Assembly: GCA_048882505.1 (NCBI GenBank)
Contig: JBHLRO010000028.1
Coordinates: forward strand, 1-32,000
Length of the DNA stretch: 32,000 bases
Direction: 5' to 3'
Source of the DNA: Candidatus Thorarchaeota archaeon
Lineage (GTDB): Archaea > Asgardarchaeota > Heimdallarchaeia > Hodarchaeales > Hodarchaeaceae
Both the position numbers and the translations under genes were made by a program. Of the stretch, positions 17,531 to 26,415 are shown piece by piece; positions within the stretch are counted from its first letter, which is position 1, and each line of letters starts with the position of its first letter. The notes beneath the pieces are model-generated. The model searched no databases. It was not told the origin of the DNA and saw only the letters and a program-made list of their open reading frames with translations.

Positions 17531-17905
17531 TGGCTTTTGCTCTTGGCCTTTTTAGTTTAAGAGTTATTGGTTCTTTGTAACACTAGGCATAATCGGCGGC
17601 TTAAATATGCTGTCATTCCGGAATTACTCTTAAAATGCTTTTGATCGATCTTTTTTGTCTAGTAAGTCCTTTAAGTCTTTTCGTTTTCTCAAGTTCTTCT
17701 ACTTCCAGTTAGGCTTCCATGAATCCATCACCTAATGCCAGCTGGTTCAGCTCTGTGAATTTTTCTCCATAGTTGCCATGCTGTTGAGATGCTCATGACA
17801 TGAAAAGGTATGGAAACTCCCTGCCTAAATTTTCTGTCTGGGACCCCCGATTCTGAAAAATGTCGGGTCATCCTTAAATTCATTGAAATTACATGATGCC
17901 ATGGA

Positions 17906-20368
17906 ATGACACAGGCACTAGTTGAAAGGTTGAATGCAAGAACGATTGAAGGGGATCTGTATCGTTTAATACCTGAGAAACCTGAATTCGTTCAATGTTA
18001 TGCGTGTGCTCATTACTGTAAAATTAGGAACAATCGTTCTGGCATATGTAAAATCAGATTCAATGACAATGGGGTCCTGAGAGTTCCGTATGGCTATGTG
18101 GGCGCATGGCAGTGTGATCCGATTGAAAAAAAACCCTTTTTTCACGCGTTTCCTGGAACCCATGCCATGTCCTTTGGAATGCTGGGATGCGATTATCACT
18201 GTGGGTATTGTTTTACAGATGATACTGTTGTCATAACTGATAAAGGCCCTGAAACATTTAAACAGTTATTTAACTCTGTTGATGCTATTCAAGAAACTCA
18301 CGATGGATACATTGGTTTTAAAAACGACCTTAGAGCTATCACTTCTTCTGGTAAATTGAGAGATGTAAAGGGTATATTTAAACATAAATATAAAGGGAAG
18401 ATGGTAAAAATAAATCCCCTATATTTACCAGAAATAAAGTGTACAAGTGATCATGAAATTTATGCCACCACTAACCCTAATATTAAACCAGGAAAAGTTA
18501 AAGCGAAACAATTAACAAAAAATCACCTTCTTGCAATTCCACGAAGCTATTCTTTTTCTTCGCCCCAGCTTGTTAAAGTCGATCAAGTCCTAAATCAGCA
18601 TGAATTCAACTTCAATCCTAGGTGGAAATTATCTGTTGAAGAACGTAATTTTATCATGTCCGAAACTGAAAAAGGAAAATCATCTAATGAAATAGGAGAA
18701 ACACTAGGGAAAAGTGGTTCATATATTCGGCATGTTAGAAGCAAAATGAGGAAGGGATTAGGCTTAGATAAAAGAAAAGGAAAAATCATCATTGAAGATA
18801 ATAAAATGAGATTTTCTAACGAACGTAGACCAGGAATCCCTGTTGAAATTCAATTTGATGTTGACACTGCGAGGTTATTTGGACTTTACTGTGCGGAAGG
18901 ATGTGTTGTAACTGATGAAAGCAGACCTAATAGCTATAAAACCAATTTCACTTTTTCACATGAGGAAGAACATTTTGTAAAGGAAGTACGAAATTTAATT
19001 ACAAAAATTTTTGGCATTAGTGCAAGGAAAGTAATTAGAGAAGATACCATAGCGGTTGCGGCAGGGAAAACTTCGATTGGACTATTATTCAAATATTTAG
19101 TTGGAGTTAAAGCTCTTGAAAAGAAAGTTCCGGAGTATTTATTCGATGCTCCAAGAGAAGTGGTTGAAGCCTTTGTTAATGCATATATAGATGGTGATGG
19201 CCATAGGTACGAAAGTAGTAAGGTTTCATCTAGTACTGTTTCAATTGATCTAGCTTATGGTATTGCTTGGCTAGTTTTAAAACTAGGATATTTACCCTCC
19301 ATATATATTAATAAAATGCCAGAAAAAACAGAAATACTAGGAAGGGAAGTAAATCAAGCTGAATTTTTGTATAATGTGGTTTGGTATGAGAATTCAAATG
19401 TTGAAAGAGAATTTCATGTTACTGATGAGTATTTTTTGATACCAATTAGATCATTGAGTCAATTTGACTTTGATGATTATGTTTACAATATGGAAGTAGA
19501 GAATGAACACAATTATCTAGCAGGATTCTTTTTGGTAGCTAATTGTCAAAATTGGCTTACGTCTCAAGCTCTAAAGGATCCCCGAGCGAGCGCCAGATCG
19601 ACGGTTAATGATATCACCCCACAGGAGTTTGTAAACAAAGCCCTGGATCTTGATGCGAGAGTGGTAACATCTACGTATAATGAACCGCTGATTACGTCTG
19701 AGTGGGCTGTAGCAATCTTCAAAGTGGCACGGGAAAAGGGACTAGCGACTTCGTACGTATCTAACGGGAATGCCACCCCCGAAGTTTTAGACTATCTAAA
19801 ACCCTATTTGGATCTATATAAAATTGATCTGAAGACGTTTCAAGATAAGAACTATCGAAAGTTAGGGGGAACGTTAGAAGCGGTTCTTAAAGGGATCAAA
19901 GGTGTCTTTGAGAGAGGAATGTGGTTAGAAATAGTTACATTAATTGTCCCGTCTTTTAATGACTCTGATGAGGAACTACAACAAATCGCGGAATTCATTG
20001 CAAACATTTCCCCTGATATCCCGTGGCATGTGACCGCATTTCATAAAGATTATAAAATGACAGATCCAGACAACACTTCTGTCGAAACTTTAGTTCGTGC
20101 TGCAAAAATTGGCGAAAAGACTGGATTAAATTATGTATATGCAGGCAATTTGCCTGGTCAAGTGGGTAAGTTTTCTCATACACGATGTCCTCAATGTGAG
20201 CATACGTTAATTGCGAGACACGGTTTTGAAATCACCGACTTCGCATTAAACGTGAATTATGAAGAAAAAAAGGGATATTGTCCTAAATGTGGAGAACAAA
20301 TTCCAGGGAGATGGGAAGAACCTCCAGAAAGAAACTCACGGCTTCATTTTAGTCGATTTCTCAGTTGA
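17906..20368 (+). CDS. amrS: AmmeMemoRadiSam system radical SAM enzyme, intein-containing precursor (375 aa after splicing)
   Basis: VQCYACAHYC, DPIEKKPFFHAFPG, GCDYHCGY-[intein]-CQNW, TYNEP, YVSNG, KIDLK, WLEIVTL, PWHVTAFH, YVYAGN, and C-terminal CPQC...CPKCG. Confidence 0.93.
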   Translation: MTQALVERLNARTIEGDLYRLIPEKPEFVQCYACAHYCKIRNNRSGICKIRFNDNGVLRVPYGYVGAWQCDPIEKKPFFHAFPGTHAMSFGMLGCDYHCGYCFTDDTVVITDKGPETFKQLFNSVDAIQETHDGYIGFKNDLRAITSSGKLRDVKGIFKHKYKGKMVKINPLYLPEIKCTSDHEIYATTNPNIKPGKVKAKQLTKNHLLAIPRSYSFSSPQLVKVDQVLNQHEFNFNPRWKLSVEERNFIMSETEKGKSSNEIGETLGKSGSYIRHVRSKMRKGLGLDKRKGKIIIEDNKMRFSNERRPGIPVEIQFDVDTARLFGLYCAEGCVVTDESRPNSYKTNFTFSHEEEHFVKEVRNLITKIFGISARKVIREDTIAVAAGKTSIGLLFKYLVGVKALEKKVPEYLFDAPREVVEAFVNAYIDGDGHRYESSKVSSSTVSIDLAYGIAWLVLKLGYLPSIYINKMPEKTEILGREVNQAEFLYNVVWYENSNVEREFHVTDEYFLIPIRSLSQFDFDDYVYNMEVENEHNYLAGFFLVANCQNWLTSQALKDPRASARSTVNDITPQEFVNKALDLDARVVTSTYNEPLITSEWAVAIFKVAREKGLATSYVSNGNATPEVLDYLKPYLDLYKIDLKTFQDKNYRKLGGTLEAVLKGIKGVFERGMWLEIVTLIVPSFNDSDEELQQIAEFIANISPDIPWHVTAFHKDYKMTDPDNTSVETLVRAAKIGEKTGLNYVYAGNLPGQVGKFSHTRCPQCEHTLIARHGFEITDFALNVNYEEKKGYCPKCGEQIPGRWEEPPERNSRLHFSRFLS
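18209..19543 (+). mobile_element. intein with LAGLIDADG homing endonuclease, 445 aa
   Basis: Starts CFTDDTVV (Cys1), block B TSDH, blocks C/E LFGLYCAEG and FVNAYIDGDG, block F VYNMEVENEHNY, ends FLVAN before Cys+1. Removal restores CxxxCxxC. Spot counts suggest lower GC than the flanking exteins. Confidence 0.96.
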
Positions 20369-20400
20369 TCATTTATGGGAAGACGTAGGATTAAGGACGA

Positions 20401-21216
20401 TTATTTCAAAATTTCATTGAGAGAGGCAATTTCATTCGGGAAATTCTTCTTCAATCGGTTTTTCTTAAGATTCTCCCTAACAATAAAATTGATATCGGGG
20501 TCATTAACTCCTATCAGGTGTTTCATATAACTGAAGCCTTCTTCAGGGATTGCTTGGGTGACAACACTTAACGTATAACATAGTCCTTTTCTCAAAACCT
20601 TGAATTTTTCGGACTTACGTTTCCTTGTCTCATTGATCCTTTGGAAGATAGACTTATGCAAATTTAACGCTAATTGGGGAATATTATTATTGCCTAATGC
20701 ACTAGGATGAGCCACTGCGGCCGCGACTGCTCGCATTTCGAGCCAATTGCTATTATTAATCCAATGTTCAAGCTCATGAATCAGTAGTTGTCCTCTCTGT
20801 AATAGGATTCTGCCCAGTGCAGCCGCAACTGCCTCCCTCATTCGCCATCGCGGATCACTAGCCAATTCTCTTAATATGATGATTGATTTTTTGAAGTAAT
20901 CATCGGAAATCGCTCCTATCGAGCCAAGAGCTCGTGTCCCACAAAAAGGAATCATTTCTCTTGGATCATTTGTCGGAGCTTCCGTCGAAGACATCTTAGT
21001 CAATCCTACGCTCAGATTCCATATACCATCTAAATGATCTGTAAATTCCTCTTCAATGATATTAACGAAAGCTGATGCCATTTCAAGGTTGCCTCTACGG
21101 CCAGGGAGGTTACTATTCTGTATAAAATATTGAGTAATCGGGATATCGTCCCAGGTACTCAAAAAATCAGTGAGAAGATCTTTAAGGTCTTTTTTATGGG
21201 TATCAGTTTTTCTCAA
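20401..21216 (-). CDS. HEAT-repeat protein (DNA alkylation repair AlkC/AlkD-like superfamily)
   Basis: SNLPGRRGNLE, LASDPRWRMREAVAAAL, DPDINFIVRENLKKNRL; GAAGGT RBS before TTG. Confidence 0.7.
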   Translation of the reverse strand: MRKTDTHKKDLKDLLTDFLSTWDDIPITQYFIQNSNLPGRRGNLEMASAFVNIIEEEFTDHLDGIWNLSVGLTKMSSTEAPTNDPREMIPFCGTRALGSIGAISDDYFKKSIIILRELASDPRWRMREAVAAALGRILLQRGQLLIHELEHWINNSNWLEMRAVAAAVAHPSALGNNNIPQLALNLHKSIFQRINETRKRKSEKFKVLRKGLCYTLSVVTQAIPEEGFSYMKHLIGVNDPDINFIVRENLKKNRLKKNFPNEIASLNEILK

Positions 21217-21450
21217 GTCATTACCTTCTCAAAAAAGAGGGATCCTTAAGGTAGGCATCCATTCCTTCGGGGTGTGATAAAACCTACTGAAAGTTTGCTT
21301 TTGGGAAACAGACTTCAAACGATCCTCTAAGTTCCAAAAATCCTAGAAGAAGAAATTATAAGAGGATTTGTAAGAACAGGTGATTTTGTTGAGAATATCC
21401 TTGGGAATGCATTACAAACAGGCCATTAGAACAATAGATAGGCAATACGA

Positions 21451-22944
21451 ATGCCTGGAGGTCAGTTCATGGAAACAAAACATAGATATCAATGGTATCA
21501 AAGCATATATGACAATTTTTCCAAGATAAAAGAAGAAGCACGAAGAATAGCCGACGAACTCGGCGTAACTAAGGTCAAAGATCGTTTTGGATTATATCCT
21601 GGCGCATCTTCTTCACCAGGTCCCCTGCCAAATTATGTACTCAACGAGATAATTGAAGCTAACAAGCGAGTCATCCCCGTGCGAAAAGTAGAGGATGACC
21701 TCCGTAATGTCGTTAAGGACATTTATGGAGATGAATATGACGCAGCAGCAACAAACACTTGTGAAGCCGCTCTTCGAGTAGCGTTTGAGCTATTATTTGC
21801 TCCTCCAATATTAAGAGCAGGTGAGACATATAAAGGTAGATACATTACTCCGTATGGTGAAGATTCAGAATATATTGCAGGATATGGAAGACCTTTCCCC
21901 CCCAAATACAAAAACATATTTGTAGATAGGTCGGTAACAGGCGGAGAAGTTGCAGTAGAAGCGAAAAGCCTTCCTAACTTAGAATCAGTACTTGTGAGAT
22001 TTGTAGGGGCCAAATACGAAGTTCATGGAATAAAATACAACCCAATTCCACTATTAACCCGTACTAAAACCAGCCAAACGCTAGAACGGATTGCCAAGGT
22101 GGCAGATCGCCATAAGTTGCTTTTAACAGGATTTGCCACCTTGGGGTACGATACCCCAGGATATGGATACGCGGAAAAAGACCAAAATGGAATTTCAGTT
22201 CTAAAGAAGGGCATTGGCAAATTGGCAGAAGGTTACGATCTGCCTTACTTATTGGATGGGGGAGGTGGGATGCCTGTGATTGGACTGGGTCCTCAAGATG
22301 TGAACGGGGATATTATGATGTGGAGTATGGATAAATCAGCTCGGGCACCTGCCAGTGGTTTAGTTGTTGGTAAAGAGGAAATCATGGTTCCTATTCGAAA
22401 AGGATTAGGATTAGGGGGACAACGATATGGTGAGGTCTCATCGCATGGAAAAGCACGCTATAGTATGATGGATCCTGGTCGCGACACGGTTATAGGCTTG
22501 ATTGCTGTTTTAAAGATGCTTCGCGATAACCCAATGAAAATTAAACGCCCAATCGATGAATACCATAAAATTATCGTGAATGAATTCAAGGCCTTGGAAC
22601 CGAGCAGATTTCGTGAGAAGTTGATTATAACCAAGAGCTACACGATGGGAGGCACCGAATTAAATTATGAACAAACCTGGGATGGGGAACGCAGGGGGAT
22701 TCCACTCTTTAACATGGAGGATATGTTTGCAAACACCAATCCAATAATGGTGGCTCTCGATGAGATGGGTGTGGGCCTTGGGGCAACTATTTATAGTGGA
22801 AATATGTTTCTAACACCAGGTCTGGGAACCCTTGATGAAGAAGGAGACCTTGTGAAAGAAAGGGCGAGTTTGGCGATTCAAGCTCTTGTTAAATCGGTAG
22901 AAATAACCTGCAAATACGCGGGGTTGAACGTATCAAGGGTTTGA
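21451..22944 (+). CDS. fold-type I PLP-dependent enzyme, SelA-like
   Basis: DIMMWSMDKSARAPASGLVVGKEEIM resembles the SelA D-x3-SGDK-x3-P-x2-G-x3-G PLP-Lys motif; LLDGGGG; ATNTCEAAL. Probable start ATG 21469 (GGAGG at 21457-21461). Confidence 0.65.
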   Translation: MPGGQFMETKHRYQWYQSIYDNFSKIKEEARRIADELGVTKVKDRFGLYPGASSSPGPLPNYVLNEIIEANKRVIPVRKVEDDLRNVVKDIYGDEYDAAATNTCEAALRVAFELLFAPPILRAGETYKGRYITPYGEDSEYIAGYGRPFPPKYKNIFVDRSVTGGEVAVEAKSLPNLESVLVRFVGAKYEVHGIKYNPIPLLTRTKTSQTLERIAKVADRHKLLLTGFATLGYDTPGYGYAEKDQNGISVLKKGIGKLAEGYDLPYLLDGGGGMPVIGLGPQDVNGDIMMWSMDKSARAPASGLVVGKEEIMVPIRKGLGLGGQRYGEVSSHGKARYSMMDPGRDTVIGLIAVLKMLRDNPMKIKRPIDEYHKIIVNEFKALEPSRFREKLIITKSYTMGGTELNYEQTWDGERRGIPLFNMEDMFANTNPIMVALDEMGVGLGATIYSGNMFLTPGLGTLDEEGDLVKERASLAIQALVKSVEITCKYAGLNVSRV

Positions 22945-23178
22945 GGATCTGTTAAAACACATTCTAGCTGAAAATACTGGCCTTGACACTTGTTTAATCG
23001 TACTTAGGTTGTTTTCTACCAAACTAGTGCTCTTAAATTCACAGCCTTTAGGTTAGAGTACTTCATTCTCATTTTCGGTACCCATAAAAACGAGAAATTC
23101 AAAACAAGTTTTTTAACCAGACGGGGGAAAGATGGGAAAATTGTCCTCATAATAAGTTAGAAAAGGTGAAATCGAATT

Positions 23179-24522
23179 TTGAGAATAACTACGAAGAAAT
23201 TTTTTGTTCTGTTGTTTGTAATGTTTCTGATTACGTCTTTTGGGCATGTATCTGCGGCTCAAAATCCGTTCAGAGGTATAACCACAACAACAGATGGACA
23301 TCCCACATGGGACTCCGATATGATCAATATCGAACAAGTTGAGGAAACGGGGAAAGGTGTGTATGTTGCCGTCCTTGATACGGGTCTTGTGCCAAACTGG
23401 ATGGATTATTTTCCTGAAGAACGAATTGCAACTGAGTTCGGGATAGGATTTTATCAACCAGTGACCATTCGACCTGATGGATCGGATTTTGAAGTAGGTG
23501 AGTTACACACCACGACGTACATTGGGAGCGTGGGCTCAACTCATGGTACGCATGTTACCAGTACGATCATTGGTTATTTCTATGATGCAAATGCGGATAC
23601 ATTTGGTGGTTGGCCTTTAGATCCGCTAATTGTCAGAGGTATCGCCCCTGATGTTACCATCATTCCAGTAAAAGTCCTAGCAGATTATACTTTTCCAGGA
23701 TTGGGTGCTGGACTGGGTCAAAAGATCGTGTTTGGGACTGATAGTATGGTAGCCGCAGGTATAGACTATATCACGGACCTTAAACTCAGTGGAGCCCTTG
23801 GAGATTCCCCTGTTGTCATTTCAATGAGCCTAGGTGGCCCGTCTCTTTCACCAGTTGAGAAAAATGCTATTGATAACGCCATTGCAAATGGAGTTATTGT
23901 GGTTGCTGCCGCTGGTAACGAAGGAACAGATGGAATGAGTTTTCCAGGCGCTTATGCCCCAGTAATCTCTGCAGGTGCATCTGGTTGGACTAAGGAATGG
24001 TTGCTACCTGATGATGGCCCATTTTACCGTCTATGGTGGCTCCAAGAGAATCCATATGGTTGGAATGACATTCCAGAACCTGCTCCTGTGGATGAGGTTT
24101 ATGTTACTAATTTCAGCAGCCGAGAGTTGCCTGGACAAGAATTGGATGTGCTAGCCCCTGGGAGTTGGGTTCGTGGACCGTTTCCTGGATTTCCAGGTTA
24201 CAGCCATCTCCCATGGTGGTCGGAAGGAATAGGTGACTTTGCAGGTCTTAATCCGGGTAACTTCTACTATGTAGGTGGGACCAGTATGGCGACCCCGCAC
24301 GTATCTGCAGTGGCAGCGTTGATGCTTGAAAAAAACCCCACACTAAACCAAGCAGACATTGAATCTATCCTGAAGTCTACAGCTCTTCCCATTCCAGCTC
24401 CTGATAGTCGATCTGGTGTTTTTGTACCATTTGCCCCATTTTTTGTAACTTTCGCATGGGATACCGATGCAACTGGAGCGGGATTAATCATGGCAGACGC
24501 GGCTCTAGCTGCGATACCTTGA
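23179..24522 (+). CDS. secreted subtilisin-like serine protease (S8)
   Basis: Signal peptide; catalytic VLDTG, HGTH and GTSMATPH motifs; oxyanion AAGNEG; AAGGTGA RBS before TTG. Confidence 0.95.
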   Translation: MRITTKKFFVLLFVMFLITSFGHVSAAQNPFRGITTTTDGHPTWDSDMINIEQVEETGKGVYVAVLDTGLVPNWMDYFPEERIATEFGIGFYQPVTIRPDGSDFEVGELHTTTYIGSVGSTHGTHVTSTIIGYFYDANADTFGGWPLDPLIVRGIAPDVTIIPVKVLADYTFPGLGAGLGQKIVFGTDSMVAAGIDYITDLKLSGALGDSPVVISMSLGGPSLSPVEKNAIDNAIANGVIVVAAAGNEGTDGMSFPGAYAPVISAGASGWTKEWLLPDDGPFYRLWWLQENPYGWNDIPEPAPVDEVYVTNFSSRELPGQELDVLAPGSWVRGPFPGFPGYSHLPWWSEGIGDFAGLNPGNFYYVGGTSMATPHVSAVAALMLEKNPTLNQADIESILKSTALPIPAPDSRSGVFVPFAPFFVTFAWDTDATGAGLIMADAALAAIP

Positions 24523-24546
24523 TTAATCTACTAGAATCCCCCTTCC

Positions 24547-24563
24547 TTTTTTTCTTTTTTTTT
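24547..24563 (+). terminator. archaeal-type oligo(T) terminator after S8 gene
   Basis: T7-C-T9 tract 25 nt downstream of the stop codon. Confidence 0.6.
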
Positions 24564-24782
24564 GTCCATAGCATGCTTAAGCGGATTAAGATAACATACA
24601 TTTACACGATGGAATCAAGAGAGGAAAGCAATTCAAGAGGGAGGTTATGAATGACGATCCCAGAACTAGTTAAGTCCTTAATACTTATTTTGGTCAAGAA
24701 TGTGCATCTGCTGGCCTTGTCGTGTCCCCCCAGATATGTCTTATTTAAGTTAATGCGAGAATCTGTGGTTAAAAGAGGGAAT

Positions 24783-26084
24783 TTAAGCGTTTCTAGAGTG
24801 TGGGTACTTGATAAAGTAGAAGTTCAAACCGCCAATGAAACGAAAGATCATCACGACAATAAGCATGGCATATATTGTTTCCCATTTGCCAATAATAGTT
24901 ACCAAAAGTTCTGTAGTTATTCCCATTAATAAAGATCCAACGAATGTGGACAATCCCATGATTAGGGAAAAAACTCCGATATACTGTCCTTTAGATTCTT
25001 CTGGAGCAGAATCGATGATATGAGCGTTCATTGCTATGTAATACAGTCCAAACCCAAATCCTCCAGCCAGATTGGCGAGCGCCATTTCATACCAGTTTGT
25101 TGCAAAAAACAAGACTAGAGGAATCAAGAACATCAACCTTCGGCCCCAAAAACCAATTCTTTTTCCATATCGGTCAATAGCTGATCCACCTATCATCAAC
25201 GAGATGATCTGAAATCCCATAAAGGTTGCCCACATCAATGAGTTTTCGGAGGGCGACGCATATCGTTCCCGTATGAATCCAAAGATTGGCCAACCGAGAG
25301 ACATGCTAAAGTCCATAAATGCGCAGATAATTATAAACCGCCGAAAATCACGGTTTTCCTTTAATGGAGATAGTAGCCTTTTGATTTGATCCAGATAACT
25401 AGATTTCGAAGAAACTATTCCCGTTTTCCTATTCATGTCAGCAGATCTCCCCAAGAATAGGGAAGAAATCCCAGCAAGTAAGAACGCAATTGAAGCAATA
25501 CGAAAAATAATGGCGTATTGGGCGGCATAATCTACATTAAGCAAACCAACTCCCCAGCCCATGACAATTAATGCGAGGAATGCACACAAAACCCCTATAG
25601 TGGAGATTTTCCCTAGAAATGATCCCCGATTTTCCGAGGTCGAGATATCTCCCAAATACGCAATCCAGGCGGGGGCAAAAATGCCAAATGCGGTCGAATA
25701 AATAATCATTGCTAATAAAAATACGAAGGGATCCGTGATATCGGGAAAGATGAAACTAATAAAGGCCGAAACAAGCAACCCCACCAATAAGAATATTTTC
25801 CGCCCAGATTTGTCCGACCACCTCCCGAAGATCGATTGAGTAGCCAATTGAAGCAGATTTCGAAGACTTATCATGATTGAGATAAGGAAGGGGGAAGTCT
25901 GAATAAAAACGGCGTAAATCAGAGCATAGGTTCTATTGATCCCATCACCTAGAACTCGGCCAATTTCAACAAGGGAAATGACTGAAAATCGGCCATTGGA
26001 AGAAGGCAAGGGTAGAGAATGTTCGCTTAATGGGGGTTCCAAGTCTAAAGATCTGATTCTATCCACATCAGAGAGCCTAGTCAA
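24783..26084 (-). CDS. MFS transporter
   Basis: Motif A GRWSDKSGRK, GENRG-like STSENRGSFLG, second-half AIDRYGK, about 12 TM helices. Confidence 0.92.
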   Translation of the reverse strand: MTRLSDVDRIRSLDLEPPLSEHSLPLPSSNGRFSVISLVEIGRVLGDGINRTYALIYAVFIQTSPFLISIMISLRNLLQLATQSIFGRWSDKSGRKIFLLVGLLVSAFISFIFPDITDPFVFLLAMIIYSTAFGIFAPAWIAYLGDISTSENRGSFLGKISTIGVLCAFLALIVMGWGVGLLNVDYAAQYAIIFRIASIAFLLAGISSLFLGRSADMNRKTGIVSSKSSYLDQIKRLLSPLKENRDFRRFIIICAFMDFSMSLGWPIFGFIRERYASPSENSLMWATFMGFQIISLMIGGSAIDRYGKRIGFWGRRLMFLIPLVLFFATNWYEMALANLAGGFGFGLYYIAMNAHIIDSAPEESKGQYIGVFSLIMGLSTFVGSLLMGITTELLVTIIGKWETIYAMLIVVMIFRFIGGLNFYFIKYPHSRNA

Positions 26085-26415
26085 TAAGGCTTTAACTCTT
26101 AGGACGATGTGAGCAGAGAGAGACGGAGGAAAATGAAGAGACTAGTAGAAAGATAATATTAAAAATGGTATTTTTAAGAGAATAATCTTAAAGTAGAAAC
26201 TTCTAGGAGGATTTTGATATATCCTTCTCACATATCGGTGTGTTTCTTCATATTCAAGCGAAATTCAGCCAATATTAGTGCTGACATTTACATTTAGTTC
26301 CAAATTTAATCCAATGTCAGGATTAAAAGTCAAAAAAGTGATTTCTACAATCGTGAACTCAGTTTAGACGAAAGATTTTCTATGAAGCTGGGATAATAAG
26401 AGGAGAAAGCATGGT

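Larger units (their letters stand above)
17054..17543 (-). repeat. degenerate direct duplication, period 284 bp (copy A about 17054-17264, copy B about 17338-17543)
   Basis: 17054-17085 versus 17338-17369 match at 31 of 32 nt; further shared blocks gcagataggata and ttctcc...cttcattgg. Confidence 0.85.

Noticed and set aside
17620-17695. Minus-strand LRKRKDLKDLLDKK resembling the HEAT protein N-terminus (KKDLKDLL)
   Set aside because: Short, low-complexity match ending in a stop within about 20 codons; chance is likely.
17906-20368. Complete AmmeMemoRadiSam three-gene system
   Set aside because: No AMMECR1-like or MEMO1-like partner gene in the window; these are often unlinked.
22945-23178. 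tRNA or other RNA gene in the larger intergenic gaps (also 16744-17050 and 26085-26415)
   Set aside because: No cloverleaf, T-loop GTTCRA motif or rRNA-like sequence found by eye.
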